DNA from: an uncultured Selenomonadales bacterium
Lineage (GTDB): Bacteria; Bacillota; Negativicutes; Selenomonadales; Selenomonadaceae
Length of the DNA stretch: 64,000 bases
Direction of reading: 5' to 3'
Assembly: GCA_946408105.1 (NCBI GenBank)
Contig: CAMJQS010000001.1
Location: 4,077-68,076, forward strand
How positions within the stretch are numbered: the stretch's first letter is position 1; each line of letters starts with the position of its first letter. Under the pieces are notes generated by a model. That model did no database searches and was not told the origin of the DNA. It worked only from the letters and a program-made list of their open reading frames with translations. Position numbers and translations under genes: made by a program. This document shows, piece by piece, positions 54,487-63,923 of this stretch.

Positions 54487-55201
54487 AATTTATCATCGCC
54501 AAAACAGAAATTGCGGCCGTGTCCGTCTTCAAAATTCTTTTGCCCAAAGAAACACTCACGCCGCCCGCAGATTTTATCGCGCCGACTTCGCGCTCACTGA
54601 AGCCGCCTTCGGGGCCGACGAGCACGACGATATTTTTTTCTCTGTTCACGCTCAAGACTTCGCGGGCGGTCGTCTCCTTTTCCAGCTCCCAACAGAAAAG
54701 CAACAGCGTATCATCATCGAGCGGCGAAATTTTTTTCAGCCAATCGTCAAGCGAAAAAATTTCTTCGACTTCGGGGATTGTGTCGCGGGCGCATTGTTCG
54801 GCGGCCTCTTTTGCAATTCGTCTCCAGCGTTCAAGTTTGTTTTGAGTGCGTGCGCCGCCCGGCCGAGCGATTGTCCTTTCCGAGATGAGCGGAAAAATTT
54901 TTTCGACGCCCAGCTCCGTCGCCTTCTCGATTATGTTGTCGAAACGATTTTGTTTGGGCAGGCAGTCCGCCAAAATAATTTTTTTCTCGACGGAAATTTT
55001 TTGAACTTTGCTGACGCGCCGAGCTTTAATCGTTTCCTTGTCGAAGTCAATCAGCTCCATGACAGCACAGTTGCCCGCGCCGTCGACCGCCGTGATTTTG
55101 TCGCCGCGTCTGGCTCTCAACGACCGCGCAAGATGATTCGCCTCGCCGCCGCTTATCGTGACGACTTCGCCCGTCACGTCTCTCAAAAAAATTCTCTTCA
55201 T
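54473..55201 (-). CDS. rsmE: 16S rRNA (uracil1498-N3)-methyltransferase
   Basis: MKRIFLRDVTGEVVTISGGEANHLARSLRARRGDKI..., ...VLVGPEGGFSEREV. Confidence 0.85.
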   Translation of the reverse strand: MKRIFLRDVTGEVVTISGGEANHLARSLRARRGDKITAVDGAGNCAVMELIDFDKETIKARRVSKVQKISVEKKIILADCLPKQNRFDNIIEKATELGVEKIFPLISERTIARPGGARTQNKLERWRRIAKEAAEQCARDTIPEVEEIFSLDDWLKKISPLDDDTLLLFCWELEKETTAREVLSVNREKNIVVLVGPEGGFSEREVGAIKSAGGVSVSLGKRILKTDTAAISVLAMINYERS

Positions 55202-55230
55202 GCTTTCACCTCTCAAAAAAATTTTTCCGC

Positions 55231-56511
55231 TCACATTCCGTAAATCAAAGCCTTCATCATCAGTTCGGGGTCGCGCTCGCGAATTATTTCGGCTTCGGGT
55301 ATCCACTCTTCGGAAAACAGCGGCAGGTTTTCTATCGTGTCTTTCACGACTTTGCTGACGTTCTTCACGTCTTGAGAATCTTGTCGCGATTGCAAAAATT
55401 TTCCGAGCGTCAAACCGACCGTGAACATTTCTTTTTTGTCGACGCCGCGCGTCGTCGGATCCAAGCTTGAAAGACGCAGCACGGGATAAGTTATTTTTTT
55501 GTCCGTCGTCATGAGTTTTTCCGCCTTGACGAGCAGGCCGCTTTGCGCGAGTTTTTCTTCAAGCTCTTTGCCGTCTTGATTTATTTTGACGAGCACCAAA
55601 TGATTTTCCGTCGGCGTGATTAAAACTTCCGCGCCCGATTTTTTTAAGCCGTCCTCCAAAGCGCGCGCGTTAATCAAAATTTGTTCGGCGTAGTCTTTGT
55701 ACTCTTCGCAGGCGACTTCGCGGAAAGTTATCGCCAAAGACGCCAGCACATTTTTTTTCAACGAGACGTGCCCCGTGTCGATGAGTTTTTGTTCCATTTG
55801 CGCCGCAAATTTTTTCCGCGACAAAATTATTCCGCTCTGCGGCCCGTGAAGTGCGTCGCTTGCCGAAAAAGTTGCAACGTCCGCGTAAGGCACGGGCGAC
55901 GGAATTTTTTTTGCGGCAATCAAGCCGGCGTTCTGTCCGAGGTCGACCCAAAGCTTTGCGCCGACTGCGTCGGCAATCGCGCGCATTTTTTGATAATCGA
56001 TGTTGTGCGGATAATTGACGGGCGAATAAATTATCATCACGGGCTTGTGACGAAACGCCAGATAACGGACGGTCTCGTAGTTCATGCGAAAATTTTTCGG
56101 CTCCACCGCAAACTTTATGAAGTCGTATTTCATTTGTTCGCCGGTGCAGTGTTCCTTCTTGCGCAGATTGAACGACAAAATTTTATCGCCCGCCTTCGCG
56201 AAAGTCATCAGCACGACACGCGAGGCCGCCGCCGCGTTCCCCGTGCGAACAATGGCATGCTCCGCGCCGAAAAGTTCGCGGCACCGTTTGACGGCGAGCT
56301 GTTCGATTTGGCTGTAGTGTTGTGCGGAATATTGCCCGATGAAGTCGTTGCCGATTGCGCTGCCTTTTATGTATTGCGACAAGGGCGAGGCGGCACTGTC
56401 CGTCGGAATTAAAGAGAGCGTGTAAAGTTGTCGGTCGAGGGAAATTTTCAGCAGGTCGCAAAGTTCGCGGTCGAATCTCTGCAGACGCTCAAATAATTTT
56501 TTGTTCACCAT
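55231..56511 (-). CDS. Divergent serine-hydroxymethyltransferase-like protein lacking the PLP lysine
   Basis: Collinear with GlyA (...RCRELFGAEHAIVRTGNAAAASRVV..., ...AIADAVGAKLWVDLGQNAGLIAA...), but TTTTHKTLRGPRGG reads TFSASDALHGPQSG. Confidence 0.65.
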   Translation of the reverse strand: MVNKKLFERLQRFDRELCDLLKISLDRQLYTLSLIPTDSAASPLSQYIKGSAIGNDFIGQYSAQHYSQIEQLAVKRCRELFGAEHAIVRTGNAAAASRVVLMTFAKAGDKILSFNLRKKEHCTGEQMKYDFIKFAVEPKNFRMNYETVRYLAFRHKPVMIIYSPVNYPHNIDYQKMRAIADAVGAKLWVDLGQNAGLIAAKKIPSPVPYADVATFSASDALHGPQSGIILSRKKFAAQMEQKLIDTGHVSLKKNVLASLAITFREVACEEYKDYAEQILINARALEDGLKKSGAEVLITPTENHLVLVKINQDGKELEEKLAQSGLLVKAEKLMTTDKKITYPVLRLSSLDPTTRGVDKKEMFTVGLTLGKFLQSRQDSQDVKNVSKVVKDTIENLPLFSEEWIPEAEIIRERDPELMMKALIYGM

Positions 56512-56525
56512 AAAAAATTCTCCTC

Positions 56526-57950
56526 TCAAGCAATGCCCGTGAGCATGTAAAACAAAATGCAAAGGAACGGCACGAAAAATTTCAGCCCCATTAAAATTAC
56601 GATGTCATAATACGCCTCCTTGTGAGTGAGTCCGCAAATGGCAAGCAACGTGACGAGCGCGCCGCAGTGTGGCACGGGGTCGATGCCGACGGAAGCTATC
56701 GCAACGATTCTGTGGAGTGCTTCAAGCGGAATGTTTTGCGCGGCTGCCATTTGCGCCCACGTGTCGCCGAGCATGGAAAGCGCGATTGTCAAACCGCCCG
56801 ACGCCGAGCCCGTTATCCCGCCCATGATGTTCGTCGTGACGACCGCCGAAACCAAAGGCCCCGCACTTTCTCCGAGGCCGACGAGAATTTCTTTTATCGG
56901 CAAGAAGCCCGGCATGCTTACCATGACCGAGCCGAACGCAAAACCCGACGCCACGTTCAAGACCGCCGCGCACGAAGACACTGCCCCGTAATTTATTGTC
57001 GACAAAAAATTTTCTCCGCCGCGCATAAATTTTCTGCGCCCGATGTAAGCCGCCGCGATTGAACTCAAAATCAACGCGACGCTGATTGACCAAATGGCTT
57101 GAACTTTTCCGACGGACGCCGCCAGCAAACTCAAATTAAGCGGCAAAAATTTTTCCAAGCTTGCCTCGTCCCAATGAAAGCCCCACGCCCAATGAAACGG
57201 GTTGCTCAAAATCACGTTGAGGACGATGACCATTAAAAGCGGCACGAGCGCAAATTTCCAATCGGGCAAGCGTCTGTCTCTGCGCTGTTTCTTCTCGACT
57301 TCTTCGCCGTAACCTTCGCCCGCCGCCTGAAGTTTTTTCGCGCGGAAAGCCAACCAGCCCATGCTTATCGCCAAAAAAATTATCGACGCGAAAAGTCCGA
57401 GGCCGACGCCCGCCCATGTCGACGTTCCGAAATACGACGACGGAATAATATTTTGGATTTGCGGCGTGCCGGGCATGGCCACCATCGCGAAAGAAAAAAT
57501 TCCCATCCACAGCGTGGCCGGCAAAAGTTTTTTCGGGATGTCCGCCTTGCGAAAAATTTCCGCGCCGAAAGGATACATGACGAACGCCACGACGAACACG
57601 CTTAGCCCGCCGTATGTCAAAGCCGCGCAACCCAAAATCACTGCCAAAATCGCCCGCTGTTCGCCGAGCAAAGAAATTATTTTTCCCGCAATGGCCGAGG
57701 CAAGTCCGCCCTTTTCCATGAGCCGAGCGAAGACCGCCCCGAACAAAAACACGGGGTAATATGTTTTCGTGTACTCCGCCAGCCGCGTCATGTAAAGTTC
57801 GCTGTAAGTCGGCATGATTCCGAATTCGCTTAAAAGTGCCGCCACGATTGCGAAGAACGGCGCGATTAAAATTATCGACCAGCCGCGATAAGCGAACATC
57901 ATCAGCCCGCCGATAGCCAACGCTATGCAAAAGGTTTCCAAAAAAATCAT
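56526..57950 (-). CDS. GntP-family (gluconate/organic-anion:H+) permease
   Basis: 474 aa, ~12 TM, GntP-like segments ...FGAVFARLMEKGGLASAIAGKII... and ...GIDPVPHCGALVTLLAICGLTHKEAY. Confidence 0.7.
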   Translation of the reverse strand: MIFLETFCIALAIGGLMMFAYRGWSIILIAPFFAIVAALLSEFGIMPTYSELYMTRLAEYTKTYYPVFLFGAVFARLMEKGGLASAIAGKIISLLGEQRAILAVILGCAALTYGGLSVFVVAFVMYPFGAEIFRKADIPKKLLPATLWMGIFSFAMVAMPGTPQIQNIIPSSYFGTSTWAGVGLGLFASIIFLAISMGWLAFRAKKLQAAGEGYGEEVEKKQRRDRRLPDWKFALVPLLMVIVLNVILSNPFHWAWGFHWDEASLEKFLPLNLSLLAASVGKVQAIWSISVALILSSIAAAYIGRRKFMRGGENFLSTINYGAVSSCAAVLNVASGFAFGSVMVSMPGFLPIKEILVGLGESAGPLVSAVVTTNIMGGITGSASGGLTIALSMLGDTWAQMAAAQNIPLEALHRIVAIASVGIDPVPHCGALVTLLAICGLTHKEAYYDIVILMGLKFFVPFLCILFYMLTGIA

Positions 57951-58037
57951 CTCCGAAAATTTTTGATTCGATTCTTTTTGAGTTTAAACCGCGCAAAAAA
58001 AACCGTCAAGCAAAAAAATTTTCTTCGGCGCGGGCGA

Positions 58038-58066
58038 TTGACAGAGTTAAGCCGCTGTGATAAACT
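58038..58066 (+). promoter_or_regulatory. Sigma-70 promoter of the infC-rpmI-rplT operon
   Basis: TTGACA - 17 nt - TAAACT read directly. Confidence 0.65.
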
Positions 58067-58069
58067 TTG

Positions 58070-58190
58070 GCGCGTTAAGCAGGAGCCTGCGCTTCTCACC
58101 CGCCGACCTTGAATGTGTTGGCGCGGTTGCAAGAAAATTTTTCTGTGGGAATCGCGGGTGGCTTACAAGCCGCCTTTAATTTTTTTCTAC
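58070..58190 (+). promoter_or_regulatory. Structured leader with intrinsic attenuator upstream of infC (L20-leader-like)
   Basis: GGTGGCT-TACA-AGCCGCC hairpin (58157..58174) followed by TTTAATTTTTTT, located between promoter and infC RBS. Confidence 0.45.
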
Positions 58191-58212
58191 GCGCCGCAGG
58201 AGGTGTATTTCA

Positions 58213-58809
58213 ATTAGTAGGGACACTTTGAGAATCAATGAGGAGATTCGTATCCGCGAGGTCAGAGTGACCGACGCGAACGGCGAACAGCTCGGCGTTA
58301 TGCTCACGCGCGACGCGCTGCGCTTGGCCGAAGAAAAACATCTTGATTTGGTGGAAGTCGCGCCCAAAGCCAGGCCGCCCGTCTGCCGCATTATGGACTT
58401 CGGCAAATATCGTTATGAGCAACAGAAACGCGAAAAGGAAGTTCGCAAGAAGCAAAAAATCATCACGGTCAAGGAAGTCAAACTCCGCCCGAACATCGAA
58501 CAGCACGACTTTGAAGTCAAACTCAAAAACGCGCAACGCTTTATCGAAGAAGGCAACAAAGTCAAAGTGACGATTATGTTTCGCGGGCGGGAGCTGTCGC
58601 ATCCCGAATTGGGCGGGGAAGTCCTCAACAAGCTTGCAAAGGCTCTGGAGGAAGTCGTGAACGTCGAGCGTGCCGCCAAACTTGAGGGCAAAAACATGAC
58701 GATGATTCTCTCTCCTAAGGCACAAAAGGCGCAAAAGACAAAGAAGACTACTCAGACAAAAGGAGGGGACAAAGTTGCCCAAAATCAAGACACACCGCGC
58801 AGCAGCTAA
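58213..58809 (+). CDS. infC: Translation initiation factor IF-3, probable ATT start
   Basis: (I)[28 protein letters not shown]...; ATT at 58213 lies 9 nt after GGAGG, while the TTG of the ORF track (58228) is 24 nt away. Confidence 0.85.
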   Translation: MSRDTLRINEEIRIREVRVTDANGEQLGVMLTRDALRLAEEKHLDLVEVAPKARPPVCRIMDFGKYRYEQQKREKEVRKKQKIITVKEVKLRPNIEQHDFEVKLKNAQRFIEEGNKVKVTIMFRGRELSHPELGGEVLNKLAKALEEVVNVERAAKLEGKNMTMILSPKAQKAQKTKKTTQTKGGDKVAQNQDTPRSS

Positions 58810-58972
58810 GCGTTTTCACGTGACCGGCAGCGGCGAATTCAAACGCAATAAAGCATACAAGAGCCATATCTTGGAAAAGAAGACCCGCAAACGCAAGAGA
58901 AATCTCCGCAAGGCGACGCTTGCTTCGGCAGCGGACAAAGCGCGCGTGAGGAAAATGCTTCCCTACGCTTGA
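58775..58972 (+). CDS. rpmI: 50S ribosomal protein L35
   Basis: (M)[32 protein letters not shown]; TTG start 6 nt after AAAGGAGGGG. Confidence 0.9.
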   Translation: MPKIKTHRAAAKRFHVTGSGEFKRNKAYKSHILEKKTRKRKRNLRKATLASAADKARVRKMLPYA

Positions 58973-58998
58973 AAATTTTTTGAACGGAGGAGATTATC

Positions 58999-59349
58999 TT
59001 GAGAATAAAGACGGGCGTCACGGCGCACAGACGCCATAAAAAAATCCTCAAGCTCGCCAAAGGTTATCGCGGCGCGAGGAGCAAACAATTTAAAAAAGCA
59101 AACGAATCAATCATGAAGGCCGGCCAATACGCGCACCGCGACCGCCGAGTTAAAAAGCGCGAATTCCGCCGCCTGTGGATTGCCAGAATCAACGCGGCCG
59201 CTCGCATTAACGGAATTTCTTACAGCAAATTGATTTGCGGCCTGACAAAAGCGGGCGTCGCCGTCGACAGAAAAATGATGGCCGAACTTGCCGTCAACGA
59301 CGCGGCGGCCTTTGCAAAACTCGTCGCCGTCGCCAAAGAAAATATTTAA
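58999..59349 (+). CDS. rplT: 50S ribosomal protein L20
   Basis: (M)[31 protein letters not shown]...; TTG start 6 nt after GGAGGAG. Confidence 0.9.
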   Translation: MRIKTGVTAHRRHKKILKLAKGYRGARSKQFKKANESIMKAGQYAHRDRRVKKREFRRLWIARINAAARINGISYSKLICGLTKAGVAVDRKMMAELAVNDAAAFAKLVAVAKENI

Positions 59350-59352
59350 GTC

Positions 59353-59547
59353 ATGAACAAGAAAGGCGAACCCCGGCACGGCGGAATGCAAAAAGGTTGG
59401 CGCAAACCCGAAGGAACACGCGAGCAACATCAAATGCGCGCTTACCCCGACGAGTGGGAATTGATTCAACGTTTCGCCAAGCTCGTAAAATACGGCGACA
59501 AAGAAGCGTGCATAAAATTTCTTGAGGAACATGACAAAACGGAATAA
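59353..59547 (+). CDS. Small hypothetical protein (64 aa)
   Basis: ATG 4 nt after the rplT stop and followed by a strong terminator; MNKKGEPRHGGMQKGWRKPEGTREQHQMRAYPDEWELIQRFAKLVKYG... Confidence 0.45.
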   Translation: MNKKGEPRHGGMQKGWRKPEGTREQHQMRAYPDEWELIQRFAKLVKYGDKEACIKFLEEHDKTE

Positions 59548-59555
59548 AAAAAATC

Positions 59556-59592
59556 AGCCTCTCCAATTTTCGGAGAGGCTTTAAAATTTTTT
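59556..59592. terminator. Bidirectional terminator
   Basis: AGCCTCTCC-AATTTTC-GGAGAGGCT perfect 9-bp stem, A-run before, TTAAAATTTTTT after. Confidence 0.85.
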
Positions 59593-59601
59593 CGCGCAAA
59601 A

Positions 59602-60624
59602 TTATTTGAACAGGTTGGAAAATTTTTTTACAATGTCGTCCTTTTGTTCGAGGACTTCGGAATAGTTGATTTTGATTCCGTTGTTGAGCGCGTCTTCGGG
59701 CGCGGGCAAGTTGTAGCGTTCGGGCATTTTAATATCGCGGCGAACGGGAACGGTTCCCGCCTCGGCGACTTTTTGTTGCGCTTCTTGCGTCATGAGATAA
59801 TCGAGAAATTTTTTGGCGTTGTCTTTGTGGTCGGCGTCTTTGAAAATGGCAACGGGGCTGGGCACCATCAACAGTTCGTGAGGATAAACCATTTTGAGCG
59901 GCGCGCCCTTGTCGATTTTCCCGGCGGTTATGTAGTCGACGCCCAAGCAAGCGTTAAGTGCGCCGTCGGCTGTGTCGTCAATAACGCGGCCGGAGCCTTT
60001 GCTTTTGGTCGCGCCGTTGTCGTGCAGGCGAATGATATAATCCCAGCCGAATTGTTTTTCGAGAAGGGCAATGCTCATGAACGCCGTGCCGCTGAGTGCG
60101 GGGTCTGCAATGCCGAAAGAATTTTTATAAAGCGGGTCGGTGGCAATCGTCTCCCAACCTGCGGGCTCCGTCGTGACTTTGTTGGTGTTGATGACTATGC
60201 CGAGCGTGCCGAGTCGCGCGGCGGTGAACGAGCCGTCGTAGTCGTCGAAGGGATTCAACAGCTCCTCAAAACCTGCGGGCTGATATTTTTCCAGCAAGCC
60301 GTCGTTCTTCATTTGATAAAAGTCGGGGACTTCGCTCGTCCAAATTATGTCCGCCATGAGGTGGCCGCTTTGGCGTTCGGCTTCGAGTTTGGCCATGATT
60401 TTTCCCGCGCCCGCCGATTGCCAGTCAACATCAATTTCGGGGTGCTTGGCCTTGAAGCCTTCGACGATTCCGCCGATAAGCGACTCCTTCATCGAAGTGT
60501 AAATGACGAGCTTGTTTGCGGAATTTTTATCGTCCGCTTTTTTGTCGGGAGCTTTGTCGCCGCCGCAACCCGTCACGAGCAACGTTGCCAAAAGCAACGC
60601 CGCCATAAAAATTTTTTTGAACAT
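59602..60624 (-). CDS. Lipoprotein, ABC-type substrate-binding protein (Fe3+/polyamine family 1 type)
   Basis: Lipobox LLVTGC, ...KLVIYTSMKESLIGGIVEGFKAKHPEIDVDWQSAGAGKIMAKLEAE...; no permease or ATPase gene adjacent. Confidence 0.75.
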   Translation of the reverse strand: MFKKIFMAALLLATLLVTGCGGDKAPDKKADDKNSANKLVIYTSMKESLIGGIVEGFKAKHPEIDVDWQSAGAGKIMAKLEAERQSGHLMADIIWTSEVPDFYQMKNDGLLEKYQPAGFEELLNPFDDYDGSFTAARLGTLGIVINTNKVTTEPAGWETIATDPLYKNSFGIADPALSGTAFMSIALLEKQFGWDYIIRLHDNGATKSKGSGRVIDDTADGALNACLGVDYITAGKIDKGAPLKMVYPHELLMVPSPVAIFKDADHKDNAKKFLDYLMTQEAQQKVAEAGTVPVRRDIKMPERYNLPAPEDALNNGIKINYSEVLEQKDDIVKKFSNLFK

Positions 60625-60666
60625 AAACAACCCTCCGTAAAAAACGTTTTAAATTTTATTTAACGC

Positions 60667-63102
60667 TCAACCTTTGGGCGTGTACTTCATCAAAATATTT
60701 TTTCCCGAATCGTAAATCGGAATGAATTTATCCGCGCCGCCTTTGACGACAATTTCTCCGTCGCCGACAGTGAAAGTGACATCGCCCGCCGCAGAAATCG
60801 GCATTCCCACTTCGCCCGACAGCACTCTGATTTTGTCGTCGGAATTAAAATCTTCGATAACGTCGCAGCCGTCGCCGTCCTTGTAAACGAAAATATCTTT
60901 GCCGTCGCCGCCGAAGAGTGTATCGTCGCCCGCGCCGCCCCAAAGTGAATCATTGCCCGCGCCGCCGTTCAAGCTGTCGTTGCCTGCGCCGCCCGTGAGC
61001 GTGTCTTTTCCGTCGCCGCCAAGGATTGTGTCTTTGCCGGCCGCGCCGTCAATCAGGTCGTCGTCTTCCGTGCCGATGATTTTGTTGGCTTTTTTGTTGC
61101 CGACGATTTTTAAAGAATAATCGACAGCCGCCGCGTTAATCGTCTTGAGTGTGTCGACGTAATCGGCGTACTCGCTCGGCGTGAATTCGTCCGCCGTGTA
61201 GTTCGTCGTGAGTGTCGCGCCCGTGCCCGCCGAATTGTATTTCACGCCGTCCGCAGATTTTTTATAAACGTGTTCGCCGCCCGCGTCAACGTAAGTGACA
61301 ACTTTATCGGCTCCGCCCGCCACGGAAATTTTTCCTTTGCCGACAGTCAAAATCAAATCGTCGCCGCTGGTCGAAGTTACCGCCGTTCCCGAAGCGATAG
61401 AAATTTTATCTTCCTCTGCGTAGTCGGTGATGACGTTCGCGCCGCTCGATTTGTAATAAAACGTGTCGGAACCTGCGCCGCCCGTCACGCTTCCCGCGCC
61501 CAAAATTTTAATCGTGTCGTCACCTTTGCCTGCTTTGACCAAAATATTTTTTCCGCGCGCAACAATCGTATCGTTGGAACTGCTGCCGGTTATCGTCGCC
61601 TTAGAATAGTCCGCCGCGAAGTCGTAAATATAACTTCCGCTGACCGTAACTTTTTTTGACAGCGCACTTGCCGCCGCCGTAATCGTTTTGCTTTTGAGCT
61701 TAAGACCGTCGAGAGAAGTCACGCCCTTCATCGTCGCCAAAGTTTTTGCGGCCGTTGACTTCGAATAAGTTATCTCGTTGTTTGAAAGTTTGTAGCCGGC
61801 CGTCGTCGCCGCGCTCTTATAAGTTGCAGTCGTCCCGTCGAGTGTCCAGCCCGCCGCCGTCGTCTTCGATTTGGTTACGTTTGAGCCGAGCTTTAAAGTA
61901 TAACCGTCGCTGATTGTGACTTTGCCGGTGCCGAGTGAGGCCTTCGAGACCGTCACAACTTTTTTGCTCAAGCTCAAGCCGTCCAAACTTTTCACGCCGC
62001 TGACCGTCACAAGCGTCGTTGTAGATTTTTTCGAGTAAGTTATAGCGTTGTCGGCGAGAGTGTAGCCCGCGCTTTTCGTTTGCTTGTAAGCGGCCGTCGT
62101 CCCGCTCAAGCTCCAAGCTTTTGTCGTCTTCGGTGCCGTGACATCATCGGCAAGCGCAAGAGTATAACCGTCGCTGATTGTGACTTTGCTCGTGCCGAGT
62201 GACGCTTTGGCAATGGTGACGGTCGTGCCGTCCAACGAAATGCCGTCGAGACTTTTAACGCCTTTGACGACGAGCGAACCGTAAGTGGCGGTCGTGCCGG
62301 AGAGCGTCCAAGAAGTTTCTTCACCGTCGATGTTGACAGCCGACAAACTCGCCGCGCCCGCCAAAGTTATCTTGCCGTCGCCGACCGTAACGATTACATC
62401 GTTTCCGCTTGTCGTCGTCGAGAATGTCGCACCCGAAACGTTCAGCGTCGAAGTTTCATTGAAGCCGATTACTGAATCGTTGCCGTCGCCTGATTTATAT
62501 TGAATTAAATTGTACTTGTTACTGGAATGTAAACTGATTAAATCGTTACCCGCGCCCGCGTCGATTTTCGCGTGCCAGTTACGAATGTTAATGTAATCGT
62601 TGCCCGCACCTGCATTAATTGTAACGTAATCAGCGAAGCTGTAAATAGAATCGTTACCCGCGCCTGCGTCAATTGTTGCTGAATTGCTGTAGCTGTAAAT
62701 AGAATCATCACCCACGCCCGCGTCAATTTTCACGTACTGGTCAATGATGTCAATTGAATCGTTGCCCGCGCCGCCGTAAATTGTTGCATTTTTGCCGCTA
62801 CTTTCAATGTAATCGTTACCGTCACCGCCGTTTATTGAAACATTACCGCCCCAGTTTTTGATTGAATCGTTGCCCGCACCGCCATAGATTGTAGGTTGGT
62901 AGCCGTCGTTGAAAATCGTATCGTTGCCTTTTCCCGCGTTGATTGAAACGTTCGAGCCGTTGTTGAGAATGAAATCGTTGCCCGCGCCCGCGTTAATTGT
63001 CACATTATCGCCGCTGTAGTGCCAGCCGCCGTTTTGAATTGAATCTGCGCCGCTCGTGCCGCTGACCAAAGTGTTGTTCTTTCCGTTGTAAATGTCTGCC
63101 AT
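60667..63102 (-). CDS. 811-aa RTX-type calcium-binding repeat protein (probable type I secretion substrate)
   Basis: ~11 N-terminal units of xVxIxAGAGNDxI, three ~65-aa S/T/K-rich modules, C-terminal GGAGNDSLNGGAGNDSLWGGAGDDTLFGGDGKD; no signal peptide. Confidence 0.85.
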   Translation of the reverse strand: MADIYNGKNNTLVSGTSGADSIQNGGWHYSGDNVTINAGAGNDFILNNGSNVSINAGKGNDTIFNDGYQPTIYGGAGNDSIKNWGGNVSINGGDGNDYIESSGKNATIYGGAGNDSIDIIDQYVKIDAGVGDDSIYSYSNSATIDAGAGNDSIYSFADYVTINAGAGNDYINIRNWHAKIDAGAGNDLISLHSSNKYNLIQYKSGDGNDSVIGFNETSTLNVSGATFSTTTSGNDVIVTVGDGKITLAGAASLSAVNIDGEETSWTLSGTTATYGSLVVKGVKSLDGISLDGTTVTIAKASLGTSKVTISDGYTLALADDVTAPKTTKAWSLSGTTAAYKQTKSAGYTLADNAITYSKKSTTTLVTVSGVKSLDGLSLSKKVVTVSKASLGTGKVTISDGYTLKLGSNVTKSKTTAAGWTLDGTTATYKSAATTAGYKLSNNEITYSKSTAAKTLATMKGVTSLDGLKLKSKTITAAASALSKKVTVSGSYIYDFAADYSKATITGSSSNDTIVARGKNILVKAGKGDDTIKILGAGSVTGGAGSDTFYYKSSGANVITDYAEEDKISIASGTAVTSTSGDDLILTVGKGKISVAGGADKVVTYVDAGGEHVYKKSADGVKYNSAGTGATLTTNYTADEFTPSEYADYVDTLKTINAAAVDYSLKIVGNKKANKIIGTEDDDLIDGAAGKDTILGGDGKDTLTGGAGNDSLNGGAGNDSLWGGAGDDTLFGGDGKDIFVYKDGDGCDVIEDFNSDDKIRVLSGEVGMPISAAGDVTFTVGDGEIVVKGGADKFIPIYDSGKNILMKYTPKG

Positions 63103-63116
63103 GAAAATCATCTCCT

Positions 63117-63893
63117 CTACAAATTTTTAATCGCGTCTTTCATTTCGCGGACGTATTGGCCGACAAAGGACGGAGCCGCCTCGCCGCGCGCCGCAAGAAT
63201 TTTTATAATCGCGGAACCGACAATCGCGCCGTCGGAAATTTTTGCCATTTGCTTTGCTTGCGCGGGCGTGGAAATTCCAAAACCAATCGCGCACGGAATT
63301 TTTGTGTTGGCTCTGACGGCCGCGACGATTGAAGCCAAATCGGTTTTAATTTCGCTGCGCACGCCCGTCACGCCCAAGCTCGACACGATGTAAACGAAAC
63401 CTTCGGCCTCGCGGGCAATCATGGCGATTCGGTCTTCGGAAGTCGGAGCAATCATTGAAATTAAATCGACGCCGAACTTTTTGCACGTCGACAAAAATTC
63501 TTCCTTCTCCTCGAAGGGCACGTCGGGCAAAATCAATCCGTCGACGCCGACTGCCGCGCACGTCGAAATAAATTTTTCCGCGCCGTAAGAAAATACGACG
63601 TTGGCATAAGTCATGAAGACGAACGGAACTTTGACATCGCGGCGCAGGTCGCGAACCAAATCAAAAATTTTATCGGTCGTGACGCCGGCCTTGAGCGCGC
63701 GAATGTTTGCTTCTTGAATGACGACGCCCTCGGCGGTCGGGTCGGAAAAGGGAATGCCCAATTCGACGAGGTCTGCGCCGTTCGCGACGGCGGCTCGGAC
63801 AACGGCGGCGGTCGTCGCCAAGTTCGGGTCTCCGCAAGTGATGAACGGAATGAACGCTTTGCCGCGGGCGAACGCCTCTTTAATCTTGCTCAT
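63117..63893 (-). CDS. trpA: Tryptophan synthase alpha chain
   Basis: FIPFITCGDPNLATT...VELGIPFSDPTAEGVVIQ...GFGISTPAQA. Confidence 0.9.
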   Translation of the reverse strand: MSKIKEAFARGKAFIPFITCGDPNLATTAAVVRAAVANGADLVELGIPFSDPTAEGVVIQEANIRALKAGVTTDKIFDLVRDLRRDVKVPFVFMTYANVVFSYGAEKFISTCAAVGVDGLILPDVPFEEKEEFLSTCKKFGVDLISMIAPTSEDRIAMIAREAEGFVYIVSSLGVTGVRSEIKTDLASIVAAVRANTKIPCAIGFGISTPAQAKQMAKISDGAIVGSAIIKILAARGEAAPSFVGQYVREMKDAIKNL

Positions 63894-63923
63894 AAAAAAT
63901 TCTCCTCCGTCGTTTTGAAAAAT

